From Escherichia coli (lineage in GTDB: Bacteria; Pseudomonadota; Gammaproteobacteria; Enterobacterales; Enterobacteriaceae), in NCBI RefSeq assembly GCF_003334305.1, contig NZ_QOWS01000017.1: a stretch of 64,000 nucleotides of DNA; one strand, given 5' to 3'. Numbering within the stretch: position 1 is the stretch's first letter; the number at the start of each line of letters is the position of its first letter. Position numbers and translations under genes: made by a program. Under the pieces are notes generated by a model. That model was not told the origin of the DNA. It did no database searches and was given only the letters and a program-made list of their open reading frames with translations. Below are positions 13,395-26,397 of this stretch, one piece after another.

Positions 13395-13612
13395 ATCCAG
13401 CTTGCAATGAAAATAACGCAAGCCTAGTATGTGCGCGTTTTCTTATTCCACAAACTGCAAGGAGGTAAATCATGACAAATCCTTTATCAATGACTCTTTG
13501 CAGACCTTTCCAGGATTAATTCTTTTTTTCTTGCCCTGGATTCGTCTGCCATTTCCTGATTTTTTAATTGTTACTCTCAATAATTCAAGTCGCAACACAT
13601 GCAACTTGAAGT

Positions 13613-14779
13613 ATGACGAGTCTATTTACGGAATGGTATATGGGCAATTATATTCGTCCCTTATCCGATGCGGTATTTACCATCGCATCTGATGACCTGT
13701 GGATCGAGAGTTTAGCGATCCAACAATTACACACCACGGCAAATTTACCCAACATGCAGCGCGTAGTGGGGATGCCAGATTTACATCCCGGACGCGGCTA
13801 TCCGATTGGCGCAGCGTTCTTCTCTGTTGGTCGTTTTTATCCGGCACTGGTCGGCAATGATATCGGCTGCGGTATGGCGCTATGGCAAACAGATATTCTC
13901 ACTCGCAAATACAACGCCGATAAGTTTGAAAAGCGATTATCAGATCTGGATGACGTTGCTGAAGAAAGCTGGCTGGAGGAAAACCTGCCGTCAGCATTTG
14001 CACAGCATCCGTGGCGCAGCTCGCTTGGCTCTATCGGTGGCGGCAATCATTTCGCTGAACTGCAACAAGTTGATCAAATCATCAACGCTGAACTGTTTGC
14101 ACTGGCAGGTCTGGATGCACAACATCTGCAACTGTTGGTTCATAGCGGCTCGCGGGGGGTGGGGCAGTCTATTTTACAGCGGCATATTGCCTCGTTCTCG
14201 CATCATGGTTTGCCTCAAGGCAGTGACGACGCGCTACGGTATATTGCGGAACATGACGATGCGCTGGCGTTTGCGTGTATTAATCGCCAGATGATCGCTT
14301 TGCGCATAATGCAACAAGTTAAGGCCACGGGAAGTCCGGTTCTGGATGTGGCGCATAACTTTGTTAGCGCGTGTCAAATCGGCGATCAACAGGGCTGGTT
14401 GCATCGTAAAGGTGCCACGCCGGATGACAACGGTCTGGTGATTATTCCCGGTTCACGTGGTGATTACTCCTGGATTGTACAGCCTGTTGCGAACGAAAAA
14501 ACGCTCCACTCGCTGGCGCATGGGGCAGGGCGTAAATGGGGGCGCACCGAGTGTAAAGGGCGTCTGGCAGCGAAATACACGGCGACGCAACTCTCGCGTA
14601 CTGAACTTGGCAGTCGGGTAATTTGTCGCGATAAACAACTCATCTTTGAAGAAGCGCCACAAGCCTATAAATCGGCTGAAAGCGTGGTGCAATGTCTGGT
14701 GCAGGCCGGTTTAATTATTCCTGTCGCGCGGCTGCGTCCGGTGCTAACGCTCAAAAACAGTGGAGGGAAAAAAGGATGA
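13613..14779 (+). CDS. RtcB-family RNA ligase paralogue (intact version of the K-12 ykfJ locus)
   Basis: RtcB motifs [21 protein letters not shown] and PGSRG. The stop overlaps the prfH start. The start could be 13640 instead. Confidence 0.8.
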   Translation: MTSLFTEWYMGNYIRPLSDAVFTIASDDLWIESLAIQQLHTTANLPNMQRVVGMPDLHPGRGYPIGAAFFSVGRFYPALVGNDIGCGMALWQTDILTRKYNADKFEKRLSDLDDVAEESWLEENLPSAFAQHPWRSSLGSIGGGNHFAELQQVDQIINAELFALAGLDAQHLQLLVHSGSRGVGQSILQRHIASFSHHGLPQGSDDALRYIAEHDDALAFACINRQMIALRIMQQVKATGSPVLDVAHNFVSACQIGDQQGWLHRKGATPDDNGLVIIPGSRGDYSWIVQPVANEKTLHSLAHGAGRKWGRTECKGRLAAKYTATQLSRTELGSRVICRDKQLIFEEAPQAYKSAESVVQCLVQAGLIIPVARLRPVLTLKNSGGKKG

Positions 14780-15390
14780 TCTTGCTACAACTCTCCTCAG
14801 CGCAGGGGCCGGAAGAATGTTGTCTCGCAGTGAAAAAGGCGCTGGACAGGCTAATTAAAGAAGCTGCCCGACAAGACGTCGCGGTAACGGTGTTGGAAAC
14901 AGAAACGGGCCGCTACTCTGACACGCTGCGTTCAGCTCTGGTTTCTCTGGATGGCGATAACGCATGGGCATTAAGCGAAAGCTGGTGCGGCACTATTCAG
15001 TGGATTTGTCCGAGTCCGTATCGGCCTCATCATGGGCGCAAAAACTGGTTTCTGGGCATTGGGCGTTTTACCGCTGATGAGCAGGAACAATCGGATGCAA
15101 TCCGTTATGAGACGTTGCGTTCGTCGGGGCCGGGCGGTCAACATGTCAATAAAACCGACTCGGCGGTACGCGCCACGCATTTGGCATCCGGTATTAGCGT
15201 GAAGGTTCAGTCAGAGCGTAGTCAGCATGCTAACAAGCGGCTGGCACGATTGCTGATTGCCTGGAAGCTGGAGCAGCAGCAACAGGAAAATAGCGCGGTG
15301 CTGAAATCGCAGCGGCGAATGTTCCATCACCAGATTGAACGTGGCAACCCGAGACGGACATTTACAGGGATGGCTTTTATCGAAGGATAA
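14776..15390 (+). CDS. prfH: peptide chain release factor H
   Basis: 204 aa from the ATG overlapping the rtcB stop. GGQ motif [16 protein letters not shown]. Confidence 0.85.
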   Translation: MILLQLSSAQGPEECCLAVKKALDRLIKEAARQDVAVTVLETETGRYSDTLRSALVSLDGDNAWALSESWCGTIQWICPSPYRPHHGRKNWFLGIGRFTADEQEQSDAIRYETLRSSGPGGQHVNKTDSAVRATHLASGISVKVQSERSQHANKRLARLLIAWKLEQQQQENSAVLKSQRRMFHHQIERGNPRRTFTGMAFIEG

Positions 15391-15446
15391 TGAAGGATGA
15401 AACTGCCGGAAGGCGATTAAACGCCATCCGGCAGCAAATCAAATAA

Positions 15447-16904
15447 TTACTTCGCCGGAATTTCTTTCAGCAGTTCAGTCAGCAGTGTCCAGTAATGACC
15501 TACGCTTTCGATGTGAACTTGCTCATCCGGAGAGTGTGGACCGGTGATAGTTGGCCCGATAGAAACCATGTCCATTTCCGGATACGGTTTTTTGAACAGA
15601 CCACATTCCAGGCCCGCGTGGATAATCTGGATGTTCGGTGTTTTGTTGAACAGACGCTGATAGGTTTCACGTACCAGATGCATCACCGGAGAATTAGCGT
15701 CCGGCTGCCAGCCAGGATATGCGCCTTTCGCTTCGGTTTTCGCGCCAGCTAGTTTACCCAGCGAATCCAGCATGCTCACCACGTAGTCTTTACCGCTGTC
15801 GATCAGTGAACGGATCAGGCAGTGAATTTCTACGTTATTGTCAGTCATGGTCACCACACCGACGTTCAGGGAGGTTTCGACCACACCTTTTGCCACGTCG
15901 GAATTGCGGATCACACCGTTCGGGGTGGCGTTCAGCAGACGAATAAAGGTATCGCGAGATTTCGCAATCAGGGCAGCTTTATCGTTCGCTACAGAGTCCA
16001 GCAACAAGGCCAGATTTTTCTCTTTCTCTGCCAGCTCGTTTTTCAGGATCTCCTGATAGGTATTCACCAGAGATTTCAGGACGTCGACTTTATCAGCTGC
16101 GACAGCAATGGTCGCAAAGGCTTCACGCGGGATGGCGTTACGCAGTGTGCCGCCGTTGAAATCGATAAGGCGCAGATCCAGTTCTTCCGCATGACCCGCC
16201 AGGAAGCGCACCAGTAGTTTGTTGGCATTACCCAGGCCAACGTGGATTTCACCGCCGGAGTGACCGCCTTTCAGACCTTTTAAGGTTAACTTGAAGGTTT
16301 CAAAACCAGCTGGAACCGCTTCACGATCTAAATGCAGGTTGGAGGTGAAGTCGATACCCCCCGCACAACCCATGTAGATTTCACCTTCTTCTTCGGAGTC
16401 GGTGTTAATCAGAATATCAGCCTGCAACCAGTTGCTCTGTAAGCCGAACGCACCGTCCATACCGGCTTCTTCGGTCATGGTCAGCAGCACTTCCAGCGGG
16501 CCGTGAACCACGTTTTCGTCAGCCAGAACCGCCAGCGCAGACGCCATACCAATGCCGTTATCTGCACCCAGCGTGGTGCCGCGCGCTTTAACCCATTCGC
16601 CATCAATATAAGGCTGGATAGGATCTTTCGTGAAGTCATGCACGGTGTCGTTATTTTTCTGCGGCACCATATCGAGGTGGGCCTGTAAGACGACCGGTTT
16701 ACGATTTTCCATACCTGCGGTAGCAGGTTTACGAATCAGGATATTACCTACCTGATCGCGTTCGACATGGAAACCTTTCTCTTTTGCCCAACCAACAATG
16801 TATTCAGCGAGTTGCTCTTCATGATAGGACGGGTGAGGAATAGAACAGATTTTGGCAAAAATATCCCACAGCGGCTGTGGAGATAATTGAGACAGTTCAG
16901 ACAC
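15447..16904 (-). CDS. pepD: aminoacyl-histidine dipeptidase (peptidase D)
   Basis: 485 aa, MSELSQLSPQPLWDIFAKICSIPHPSYHEE. Confidence 0.95.
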   Translation of the reverse strand: MSELSQLSPQPLWDIFAKICSIPHPSYHEEQLAEYIVGWAKEKGFHVERDQVGNILIRKPATAGMENRKPVVLQAHLDMVPQKNNDTVHDFTKDPIQPYIDGEWVKARGTTLGADNGIGMASALAVLADENVVHGPLEVLLTMTEEAGMDGAFGLQSNWLQADILINTDSEEEGEIYMGCAGGIDFTSNLHLDREAVPAGFETFKLTLKGLKGGHSGGEIHVGLGNANKLLVRFLAGHAEELDLRLIDFNGGTLRNAIPREAFATIAVAADKVDVLKSLVNTYQEILKNELAEKEKNLALLLDSVANDKAALIAKSRDTFIRLLNATPNGVIRNSDVAKGVVETSLNVGVVTMTDNNVEIHCLIRSLIDSGKDYVVSMLDSLGKLAGAKTEAKGAYPGWQPDANSPVMHLVRETYQRLFNKTPNIQIIHAGLECGLFKKPYPEMDMVSIGPTITGPHSPDEQVHIESVGHYWTLLTELLKEIPAK

Positions 16905-17164
16905 GTTAAGTCTCCTTGTCGATCACCCGCAAAACAGTATTGCAGGTCACAGGGTTAGCAGAAAATGTTGTCAACACAAGACAGGCTTGCGAGATATGTT
17001 TGAGAATACCACTTTATCCCGCGTCAGGGAGAGGCAGTGCGTAAAAAGACGCGGACTCATGTGAAATACTGGTTTTTAGTGCGCCAGATCTCTATAATCT
17101 CGCGCAACCTATTTTCCCCTCGAACACTTTTTAAGCCGTAGATAAACAGGCTGGGACACTTCAC

Positions 17165-17623
17165 ATGAGCGAAAAATACATCGTCACCTGGGACATGTTG
17201 CAGATCCATGCACGTAAACTCGCAAGCCGACTGATGCCTTCTGAACAATGGAAAGGCATTATTGCCGTAAGCCGTGGCGGTCTGGTACCGGGTGCGTTAC
17301 TGGCGCGTGAACTGGGTATTCGTCATGTCGATACCGTTTGTATTTCCAGCTACGATCACGACAACCAGCGCGAGCTTAAAGTGCTAAAACGCGCAGAAGG
17401 CGATGGCGAAGGCTTCATCGTTATTGATGACCTGGTGGATACCGGTGGTACTGCGGTTGCGATTCGTGAAATGTATCCAAAAGCACATTTTGTGACTATC
17501 TTCGCAAAACCGGCTGGTCGTCCGCTGGTTGATGACTATGTTGTTGATATCCCGCAAGATACCTGGATCGAACAGCCGTGGGATATGGGCGTCGTATTCG
17601 TCCCGCCAATCTCCGGTCGCTAA
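17165..17623 (+). CDS. gpt: xanthine-guanine phosphoribosyltransferase
   Basis: 152 aa, [27 protein letters not shown] motif [11 protein letters not shown]. Confidence 0.95.
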
Positions 17624-17714
17624 TCTTTTCAACGCCTGGCACTGCCGGGCGTTGTTCTTTTTAACTTCAGGCGGGTTACAATAGTTTCCAGTAAGTATTC
17701 TGGAGGCTGCATCC

Positions 17715-18959
17715 ATGACACAGGCAAACCTGAGCGAAACCCTGTTCAAACCCCGCTTTAAACATCCTGAAACCTCGACGCTAGTCCGCCGCTTTAATCA
17801 CGGCGCACAACCGCCTGTGCAGTCGGCTCTTGATGGTAAAACCATCCCTCACTGGTATCGCATGATTAACCGTCTGATGTGGATCTGGCGCGGCATTGAC
17901 CCACGTGAAATCCTCGACGTCCAGGCACGTATTGTGATGAGCGATGCTGAACGTACCGATGATGATTTATACGATACCGTGATTGGCTACCGTGGTGGCA
18001 ACTGGATTTATGAGTGGGCCACCCAGGCGATGGTGTGGCAACAAAAAGCCTGTGCGGAAGAAGATCCGCAACTCAGTGGTCGACACTGGCTGCATGCGGC
18101 TACGTTGTACAACATTGCCGCCTATCCTCATCTGAAAGGAGATGACCTGGCCGAGCAAGCGCAGGCTTTATCAAACCGCGCCTATGAAGAGGCCGCCCAG
18201 CGTCTGCCGGGCACGATGCGGCAGATGGAGTTTACCGTACCCGGCGGTGCGCCCATCACCGGCTTTTTGCATATGCCGAAAGGCGATGGCCCGTTCCCGA
18301 CAGTATTAATGTGTGGTGGTCTGGATGCGATGCAGACGGACTATTACAGCCTGTATGAACGTTATTTTGCGCCGCGCGGCATTGCGATGCTGACTATTGA
18401 TATGCCGTCGGTGGGCTTTTCTTCAAAATGGAAGCTCACCCAGGACTCCAGCCTGTTGCATCAGCACGTCTTAAAGGCGCTGCCTAACGTACCGTGGGTG
18501 GATCACACTCGCGTCGCGGCCTTTGGTTTCCGTTTCGGCGCTAACGTTGCCGTGCGTCTGGCATACCTTGAATCGCCGCGTCTGAAAGCGGTTGCCTGTC
18601 TTGGTCCGGTAGTTCATACCCTGTTGAGTGATTTTAAGTGCCAGCAACAGGTGCCGGAAATGTATCTTGACGTTCTGGCGAGTCGTTTGGGGATGCATGA
18701 TGCTTCCGATGACGCGTTGCGCGTGGAGCTGAATCGCTATTCATTAAAAGTGCAAGGATTGCTGGGACGTCGCTGCCCAACGCCAATGTTATCAGGCTAC
18801 TGGAAGAACGATCCGTTCAGCCCGGAAGAGGACTCACGCTTAATCACCTCATCATCTGCTGACGGTAAATTATTAGAGATCCCATTTAACCCGGTGTATC
18901 GGAATTTTGACAAAGGTCTTCAGGAAATCACCGGCTGGATCGAAAAACGCTTGTGTTAA
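17715..18959 (+). CDS. frsA: fermentation/respiration switch esterase FrsA
   Basis: 414 aa alpha/beta hydrolase, [24 protein letters not shown]. Confidence 0.9.
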   Translation: MTQANLSETLFKPRFKHPETSTLVRRFNHGAQPPVQSALDGKTIPHWYRMINRLMWIWRGIDPREILDVQARIVMSDAERTDDDLYDTVIGYRGGNWIYEWATQAMVWQQKACAEEDPQLSGRHWLHAATLYNIAAYPHLKGDDLAEQAQALSNRAYEEAAQRLPGTMRQMEFTVPGGAPITGFLHMPKGDGPFPTVLMCGGLDAMQTDYYSLYERYFAPRGIAMLTIDMPSVGFSSKWKLTQDSSLLHQHVLKALPNVPWVDHTRVAAFGFRFGANVAVRLAYLESPRLKAVACLGPVVHTLLSDFKCQQQVPEMYLDVLASRLGMHDASDDALRVELNRYSLKVQGLLGRRCPTPMLSGYWKNDPFSPEEDSRLITSSSADGKLLEIPFNPVYRNFDKGLQEITGWIEKRLC

Positions 18960-19418
<459 letters not shown>

Positions 19419-19456
19419 GTGAAATGTGCCGGATGCATCACATCCGGCAATAATCA

Positions 19457-20512
19457 TTAAAACTGATAGGTCATGCCAACCGCGACAATATCATCATTAT
19501 TAATATTCAATTTGTTATCGCTATCCAGTTGGTTGATTTTATAATCAACAAACGCTGACATATTTTTGTTGAAATAATATGTAGCCCCGACATCGATATA
19601 ATTGACCAGATCTTCATCACCGATACCTTCAATATCTTTCCCTTTCGATAAGACATAACCCAGCGATGGACGCAGACCAAAGTCAAACTGGTATTGAGCG
19701 ACCGCTTCAAAGTTCTGTGTCTTATTGGCAAAGCCGCCAGTTATTGGCGTCATTTTGCGTGTTTCAGAATAAAAAGTTGCCAGATAAATATTATTGGCAT
19801 CGTATTTCAGACCTGTTGCCCATGCTTCTGCACGCTTGCCAGTGCCACGGCTTTGCAGGTTCTGCTCGTTGGTGCGATCTGAGTTGGTATAGGCACCACT
19901 AATGGCGAAATCGCTGCCGCCAAAGTCATATGTCAATGACGTGCCGAAGCCATCGCCGTTTTGCTTTTTAACGTCGCGGTTTTCGTTTTTCCCTTGATAT
20001 TGCAGGGTTAAGTTCAGGCCATCGATAACGCCGAAGAAGTCGGTGTTCCGATACGTCGCCAGACCGCTGGCGCGTTTGGTCATAAAGTTGTCGGTCTGCG
20101 CCGAGGAGTCGCCACCAAATTCCGGGAACATATCGGTCCAGGCTTCCACGTCATACAACGCGCCCAGGTTACGGCCATAGTCGAAAGAACCCAAATCTTT
20201 ATACTTCAATCCGGCAAAAGCGAGACGCGTTTTTTGCTGTGCAGTATCACTCTCCGCTTTATTTCCGGCAAACTCCGCTTCCCAACGGCCATAGCCAGTC
20301 AGTTGATCGTTAATTTGTGTTTCGCCTTTAAAACCAAAACGGATATAACTCTGGTCGCCATCTTTACTGTCGTTATCACTCATATAATGCATGGCTTTAA
20401 CTTTGCCATAGACATCCAGTTTATTACCGTCTTTGTTATATATTTCTGCGGCCTGTACGGATGCAGATGCCACAATGCCCATCACCACTAATGCCAGAGT
20501 GCTCTTTTTCAT
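19457..20512 (-). CDS. phoE: phosphoporin PhoE
   Basis: General porin with C-terminal ...VAVGMTYQF. 351 aa from [21 protein letters not shown]. Confidence 0.9.
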   Translation of the reverse strand: MKKSTLALVVMGIVASASVQAAEIYNKDGNKLDVYGKVKAMHYMSDNDSKDGDQSYIRFGFKGETQINDQLTGYGRWEAEFAGNKAESDTAQQKTRLAFAGLKYKDLGSFDYGRNLGALYDVEAWTDMFPEFGGDSSAQTDNFMTKRASGLATYRNTDFFGVIDGLNLTLQYQGKNENRDVKKQNGDGFGTSLTYDFGGSDFAISGAYTNSDRTNEQNLQSRGTGKRAEAWATGLKYDANNIYLATFYSETRKMTPITGGFANKTQNFEAVAQYQFDFGLRPSLGYVLSKGKDIEGIGDEDLVNYIDVGATYYFNKNMSAFVDYKINQLDSDNKLNINNDDIVAVGMTYQF

Positions 20513-20799
20513 TTTCATTCCTGATTTTAATTAACGCGCGAATATTCAGCGGGAGAGCCCCGTTGAAAACAGGAAAGTTTTTAACCTGAGATTGTTAAAG
20601 ATATATTACAGATTAATAATATTCTTAAAATGTGGTAATTTATTAAATCTGTAATAAAAGCGTAAACAACTGCCGCTAGGCTTGCTGATCCCGCGCAACA
20701 AAACGCCATGCTTTGCTTGCAGATGGTTGGCAACCGACGACAGTCCTGCTAAAACGTTCGTTTGATATCATTTTTCCTAAAATTGAATGGCAGAGAATC

Positions 20800-21903
20800 A
20801 TGAGTGACAGCCAGACGCTGGTGGTAAAACTCGGCACCAGTGTGCTAACAGGCGGATCGCGCCGTCTGAACCGTGCCCATATCGTTGAACTTGTTCGCCA
20901 GTGCGCGCAGTTACATGCCGCCGGGCATCGGATTGTTATTGTGACGTCGGGCGCGATCGCCGCCGGACGTGAGCACCTGGGGTACCCGGAACTGCCAGCG
21001 ACTATCGCCTCGAAACAACTGCTGGCGGCGGTAGGGCAGAGTCGACTGATTCAACTGTGGGAACAGCTGTTTTCGATTTATGGCATTCACGTCGGGCAGA
21101 TGCTGCTGACCCGTGCTGATATGGAAGACCGTGAACGCTTCCTGAACGCCCGCGACACCCTGCGTGCGTTGCTCGATAACAATATCGTTCCGGTAATCAA
21201 TGAGAACGATGCTGTCGCTACGGCAGAGATTAAGGTCGGCGATAACGATAACCTTTCTGCGCTGGCGGCGATTCTGGCGGGTGCCGATAAACTGTTGCTG
21301 CTGACCGATCAAAAAGGTTTGTATACCGCTGATCCGCGCAGCAATCCGCAGGCAGAACTGATTAAAGATGTTTACGGCATTGATGACGCACTGCGCGCGA
21401 TTGCCGGTGACAGCGTTTCAGGCCTCGGAACTGGCGGCATGAGTACCAAATTGCAGGCCGCTGACGTGGCTTGCCGTGCGGGTATCGACACCATTATTGC
21501 CGCGGGCAGCAAGCCGGGCGTTATTGGTGATGTGATGGAAGGCATTTCCGTCGGTACGCTGTTCCATGCCCAGGCGACTCCGCTTGAAAACCGTAAACGC
21601 TGGATTTTCGGTGCGCCGCCGGCGGGTGAAATCACGGTAGATGAAGGGGCAACTGCCGCCATTCTTGAACGCGGCAGCTCCCTGTTGCCGAAAGGCATTA
21701 AAAGCGTGACTGGCAATTTCTCGCGTGGTGAAGTCATCCGCATTTGCAACCTCGAAGGTCGCGATATCGCCCACGGCGTCAGTCGTTACAACAGCGATGC
21801 ATTACGCCGTATTGCCGGGCACCACTCGCAAGAAATTGATGCAATACTGGGATATGAATACGGCCCGGTTGCCGTTCACCGTGATGACATGATTACCCGT
21901 TAA
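20800..21903 (+). CDS. proB: glutamate 5-kinase
   Basis: 367 aa from [20 protein letters not shown]-terminal PUA domain. Confidence 0.95.
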
Positions 21904-21914
21904 GGAGCAGGCTG

Positions 21915-23168
21915 ATGCTGGAACAAATGGGCATTGCCGCGAAGCAAGCCTCGTATAAATTAGCGCAACTCTCCAGCCGCGAAAAAAATCGCGTGCTGGA
22001 AAAAATCGCCGATGAACTGGAAGCACAAAGCGAAATCATCCTCAACGCTAACGCCCAGGATGTTGCTGACGCGCGTGCCAATGGCCTTGGCGAAGCGATG
22101 CTTGACCGTCTGGCACTGACGCCCGCACGGCTGAAAGGCATTGCCGATGATGTGCGCCAGGTGTGTAACCTCGCCGATCCGGTGGGGCAGGTAATCGATG
22201 GCAGCGTACTGGACAGCGGCCTGCGTCTTGAGCGTCGTCGCGTGCCGCTGGGGGTGATTGGCGTGATTTATGAAGCGCGCCCGAACGTGACGGTTGATGT
22301 CGCTTCGCTGTGCCTGAAAACCGGTAATGCGGTGATCCTGCGTGGTGGCAAAGAAACCTGTCGCACTAACGCGGCAACGGTGGCGGTGATTCAGGACGCC
22401 CTGAAATCCTGTGGCTTACCGGCGGGTGCCGTGCAGGCGATTGATAATCCTGACCGTGCGCTGGTCAGTGAAATGCTGCGTATGGATAAATACATCGACA
22501 TGCTGATCCCGCGTGGTGGCGCTGGTTTGCATAAACTGTGCCGTGAACAGTCGACAATCCCGGTGATCACAGGTGGTATAGGCGTATGCCATATTTACGT
22601 TGATGAAAGTGTAGAGATCGCTGAAGCATTAAAAGTGATCGTCAACGCGAAAACTCAGCGTCCGAGCACATGTAATACGGTTGAAACGTTGCTGGTGAAT
22701 AAAAACATCGCCGATAGCTTCCTGCCCGCATTAAGCAAACAAATGGCGGAAAGCGGCGTGACATTACACGCAGATGCAGCTGCACTGGCGCAGTTGCAGG
22801 CAGGCCCTGCGAAGGTGGTTGCTGTTAAAGCCGAAGAGTATGACGATGAGTTTCTGTCATTAGATTTGAACGTCAAAATCGTCAGCGATCTTGACGATGC
22901 CATCGCCCATATTCGTGAACACGGCACACAACACTCCGATGCGATCCTGACCCGCGATATGCGCAACGCCCAGCGTTTTGTTAACGAAGTGGATTCGTCC
23001 GCTGTTTACGTTAACGCCTCTACGCGTTTTACCGACGGCGGCCAGTTTGGTCTGGGTGCGGAAGTGGCGGTAAGCACACAAAAACTCCACGCGCGTGGCC
23101 CAATGGGGCTGGAAGCACTGACCACTTACAAGTGGATCGGCATTGGTGATTACACCATTCGTGCGTAA
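21915..23168 (+). CDS. proA: gamma-glutamyl phosphate reductase
   Basis: 417 aa, [25 protein letters not shown]. Confidence 0.95.
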   Translation: MLEQMGIAAKQASYKLAQLSSREKNRVLEKIADELEAQSEIILNANAQDVADARANGLGEAMLDRLALTPARLKGIADDVRQVCNLADPVGQVIDGSVLDSGLRLERRRVPLGVIGVIYEARPNVTVDVASLCLKTGNAVILRGGKETCRTNAATVAVIQDALKSCGLPAGAVQAIDNPDRALVSEMLRMDKYIDMLIPRGGAGLHKLCREQSTIPVITGGIGVCHIYVDESVEIAEALKVIVNAKTQRPSTCNTVETLLVNKNIADSFLPALSKQMAESGVTLHADAAALAQLQAGPAKVVAVKAEEYDDEFLSLDLNVKIVSDLDDAIAHIREHGTQHSDAILTRDMRNAQRFVNEVDSSAVYVNASTRFTDGGQFGLGAEVAVSTQKLHARGPMGLEALTTYKWIGIGDYTIRA

Positions 23169-23282
23169 ATAAAACCGGGTGATGCAAAAGTAGCCATTTG
23201 ATTCACAAGGCCATTGACGCATCGCCCGGTTAGTTTTAACCTTGTCCACCGTGATTCACGTTCGTGAACATGTCCTTTCAGG

Positions 23283-23358
23283 GCCGATATAGCTCAGTTG
23301 GTAGAGCAGCGCATTCGTAATGCGAAGGTCGTAGGTTCGACTCCTATTATCGGCACCA
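23283..23358 (+). tRNA. thrW: tRNA-Thr (anticodon CGU)
   Basis: 76-nt cloverleaf GCCGATA/TATCGGC acceptor stem, anticodon loop TTCGTAA, T-arm GTAGGTTCGACTCCTAT, encoded CCA. Lies downstream of proA as in K-12. Confidence 0.95.
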
Positions 23359-23360
23359 TC
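23340..23360. repeat. att core copy 1 (thrW 3' end; attL of the P4-like element)
   Basis: actcctattatcggcaccatc is repeated exactly at 35185-35205 and imperfectly at 47262-47280. Confidence 0.85.
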
Positions 23361-23522
23361 CCCACTTCTTCAAACGTCCGTATTTGTCCGTAACCATACT
23401 GTTTTATAAAAGATTTTTTGTTCTTGTTGTCCGTATTAGTCCATAACCTTCCAGTAGAATCCAGTACTAAATGTGTATAGGATTATGTATATGTTCCTGT
23501 TCGACTTTGGAATTCTATACAC

Positions 23523-24692
23523 ATGCCCCTAAATGATATGCAGATTCGTCGTGCTAAACCTGAAGCTAAAGCCTATACACTTGGGGATGGGCAAGGGCTG
23601 TCTTTACTTGTAGAGCCAAATGGAAGTAAAAGCTGGCGATTTCGTTATCGCTATGCAGGTAAACCTAAAATGATCTCGCTTGGTGTCTATCCAACGATCA
23701 CACTTGCTGAAGCTCGTTCCCGTCGTGATGAGGCCCGAAAAATAGTGGCTGAGGGAAAAAACCCTAGTGAGGTACGAAAAGAACAAAAACTAGCATTAAG
23801 AATTCAATCTGAGAATGCATTCGAAAAGATTGCTAGAGAGTGGCATCGGATGAAGTCGTTAAAATGGTCTGCTGGGTACGCCTCGGATATTATGGAAGCG
23901 TTCCAGAATGATATTTTTCCGTATGTGGGAACGAGGCCTATAGGAGAAATTAAACCGCTAGAGCTGTTAAATGTACTGCGTAAAATTGAGAAGCGTGGCG
24001 CATTGGAGAAAATGCGAAAAGTACGGCAACGTTGCTCAGAAGTTTTTCGATATGCCATTGCTACCGGAAGAGCAGAGTTTAATCCTGCCGCAGATCTATC
24101 CAGTGCTCTCGAAGTACATAAATCAAATCATTTTCCATTCTTAAAATCAGATGAGATACCTGATTTTCTGCGTGCTTTAGATCGCTATACAGGGAGTCAA
24201 CTTGTCGTTATTGCTACGAAGTTATTGATGATCACGGGAGTAAGAACCATCGAATTACGTACCGCATTATGGTCAGAATTTGATTTGGATAACGCTATTT
24301 GGGAAATTCCTGCTGAAAGAATGAAAATGCGCAGGTCACATCTTGTTCCATTGTCGACTCAAGCGTTAGATTTACTTAATGAACTCAAGATAATGACAGG
24401 GAACTATCGTTATGTTTTTCCGGGGCGGAACGACCCGAACAAGCCTATGAGTGAGGCGAGTATAAATCAGGTTATCAAAAGGATTGGTTATGGCGGAAAA
24501 CTTACTGGACACGGATTTAGGCATATGATGTCTACATTGTTGCATGAACAAGGGTTTGATTCATTTTGGATTGAGATTCAATTAGCCCATGTAGATAAAA
24601 ATAGTATTCGTGGAACTTATAATCATGCGCTGTATTTAGAAAAGCGAAGAGATATGCTTCAGTGGTACTCTTCTTTTATAATGGAGCACTAA
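23523..24692 (+). CDS. int: P4-type tyrosine integrase
   Basis: 389 aa. N-terminal arm-binding domain (AKAYTLGDGQGLSLLVEPNGSKSWRFRYRYAGKPK). Catalytic R (TGVRTIELR), HxxR (GHGFRHMMST) and Y (IRGTYNH). Adjacent to the tRNA. Confidence 0.9.
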   Translation: MPLNDMQIRRAKPEAKAYTLGDGQGLSLLVEPNGSKSWRFRYRYAGKPKMISLGVYPTITLAEARSRRDEARKIVAEGKNPSEVRKEQKLALRIQSENAFEKIAREWHRMKSLKWSAGYASDIMEAFQNDIFPYVGTRPIGEIKPLELLNVLRKIEKRGALEKMRKVRQRCSEVFRYAIATGRAEFNPAADLSSALEVHKSNHFPFLKSDEIPDFLRALDRYTGSQLVVIATKLLMITGVRTIELRTALWSEFDLDNAIWEIPAERMKMRRSHLVPLSTQALDLLNELKIMTGNYRYVFPGRNDPNKPMSEASINQVIKRIGYGGKLTGHGFRHMMSTLLHEQGFDSFWIEIQLAHVDKNSIRGTYNHALYLEKRRDMLQWYSSFIMEH

Positions 24693-24693
24693 A

Positions 24694-26397
24694 ATGTATA
24701 TTGATAATGTGTATTTAAAAGGATTTAGGAACTATTCTGATAGTTTTGTAAAATTTAATTATTCAACTCTTATAATTGGTGGTAATGATGTTGGTAAGAC
24801 CAACTTATTGTATTCATTAAGGATTTTGTTGGATAAAAGCTTTTCGGATTTAGATTTAGAACCTAAAAATAGCGATTTTCATATTGATGCGAAAGGAAAT
24901 CAGTGTGAAGAGTTAGAAATAATAATTAATTTTCGTGAAGTAAAAGAGGATGCTGTTCTCTCTAAGTTAGCGGGGTATGTTAGTGATGATGCACAAACAT
25001 ACATCAAATATAAAGCATACAGAGCTACTCTTGATTACAAGTTATATATAGGCCACAAAGAATCTGAAATGGATGAGATTAGTGGCAGATTTTATCTTAA
25101 ATATTTAAATTTACGCTATGTGAATTCACAGCGAGACCTTGCTAAATATATATCTACAGAGAAAAAACATTTACTTCGGCTTGCTCAGGAAATGAGAAAC
25201 GAGGAGCAAGTGCGGAAGGATGAAAATACTTTGAATGAATTAACTAATTTATTAAATGATGTCAATGATAAGGTAAAAGAAATAAGCTACGTCTCGACCG
25301 CTACGGAAGAATTGAATGATGAGTTAAAGAAATTATCATATAACAATGAAAAGATTTCTGTAATGCTCGATTCTGGAGCAATTGGTGTTGATCAGTTTAT
25401 TGAAAAATTAGAGTTAAGTTCAAATACAAATGGAAAAAAGGTAATGCTTGGAGGGGACGGATTTAATAACCAAGTATTACTTGCATTATGGAAAGCCAAG
25501 AGTGTACGCGAGCACGATACTGAAAATGAAGTGGTTATATATTGTGTTGAAGAACCTGAATCACATCTTTATCCGCACCAACAGAGAAAATTATCTGAGT
25601 ATTTAATTAGTAAATTGCCGGGGCAGTCTCTAGTAACTACGCATTCTCCGCAAATTGCCATTAATTACTCACCAGATTCAATAATTAAAATTTGCTCTTA
25701 TAACGGTGAGTCTTACGCAGCAAGTGAAGGGTGTTCAGATTGCATAAGTAATGCCTGGAGTGGAATGGGATACAGGATGAGTATACTTCCTGCAGAGGCA
25801 TTCTTCGCTAATGTCGTATTCTTGGTCGAAGGGCCTTCTGAAATGTTATTTTATCAGGCCCTTGCAAAAGAGTGCCAAATTGATCTGGATTTCTTTAATA
25901 TAAGTATATTATCAGTTGATGGCGTTCAATTTGAAGTTTATAGAAAAATTCTTGATGCACTTGAGATTAAATGGGTTGCTCGTACAGATAATGATTCGTC
26001 TAAAGTTCCAAGGAAAAAAGAGTGGCAATATTCAGGTTTAAATCGAGCTTTGGCTCTATGTGGAATGGAGCCACTAAAGAATGAATTAACGGAAATATCT
26101 CAAGCTCAAAGAATAGAGAAACACAAAATTTATAAAGATAAGCTTAAACATCATAATATATTTGTTTCAATTAATGATCTCGAGGGTGATATTGGCGTTG
26201 AGTTAAGTACACAGCTGAAAGAATATGTAGGTGTTGATAATGAGGAAATTGCTGCTGATTATTTAAGAGGAAAGAAAGCAATAAGGATGCAAGAGTTCTT
26301 AGGTGAATACTCTTATGCACTGAAAAATATTTCAGACGGTGAATTAATTCAACCCCTTTTAACTGCTGTAAAATTGGCTACGGAAGAGTTGAGATGA
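24694..26397 (+). CDS. gajA: OLD-family ATPase-TOPRIM nuclease (Gabija GajA-like, class 2 OLD)
   Basis: 567 aa. Walker A GGNDVGKTN, VEEPESHLYPHQQRKL (Walker B/D-loop). C-terminal TOPRIM-like VFLVEGPSE ... SVDG ... ARTDNDS. AT-rich compared with its flanks. Overlaps the following helicase gene. Confidence 0.75.
   Translation: MYIDNVYLKGFRNYSDSFVKFNYSTLIIGGNDVGKTNLLYSLRILLDKSFSDLDLEPKNSDFHIDAKGNQCEELEIIINFREVKEDAVLSKLAGYVSDDAQTYIKYKAYRATLDYKLYIGHKESEMDEISGRFYLKYLNLRYVNSQRDLAKYISTEKKHLLRLAQEMRNEEQVRKDENTLNELTNLLNDVNDKVKEISYVSTATEELNDELKKLSYNNEKISVMLDSGAIGVDQFIEKLELSSNTNGKKVMLGGDGFNNQVLLALWKAKSVREHDTENEVVIYCVEEPESHLYPHQQRKLSEYLISKLPGQSLVTTHSPQIAINYSPDSIIKICSYNGESYAASEGCSDCISNAWSGMGYRMSILPAEAFFANVVFLVEGPSEMLFYQALAKECQIDLDFFNISILSVDGVQFEVYRKILDALEIKWVARTDNDSSKVPRKKEWQYSGLNRALALCGMEPLKNELTEISQAQRIEKHKIYKDKLKHHNIFVSINDLEGDIGVELSTQLKEYVGVDNEEIAADYLRGKKAIRMQEFLGEYSYALKNISDGELIQPLLTAVKLATEELR

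Noticed and set aside
13429-13692. 87-aa ORF between yafP and the RtcB-like gene
   Set aside because: It has no RBS, an AT-rich low-complexity sequence, and overlaps the start of the RtcB-like gene.
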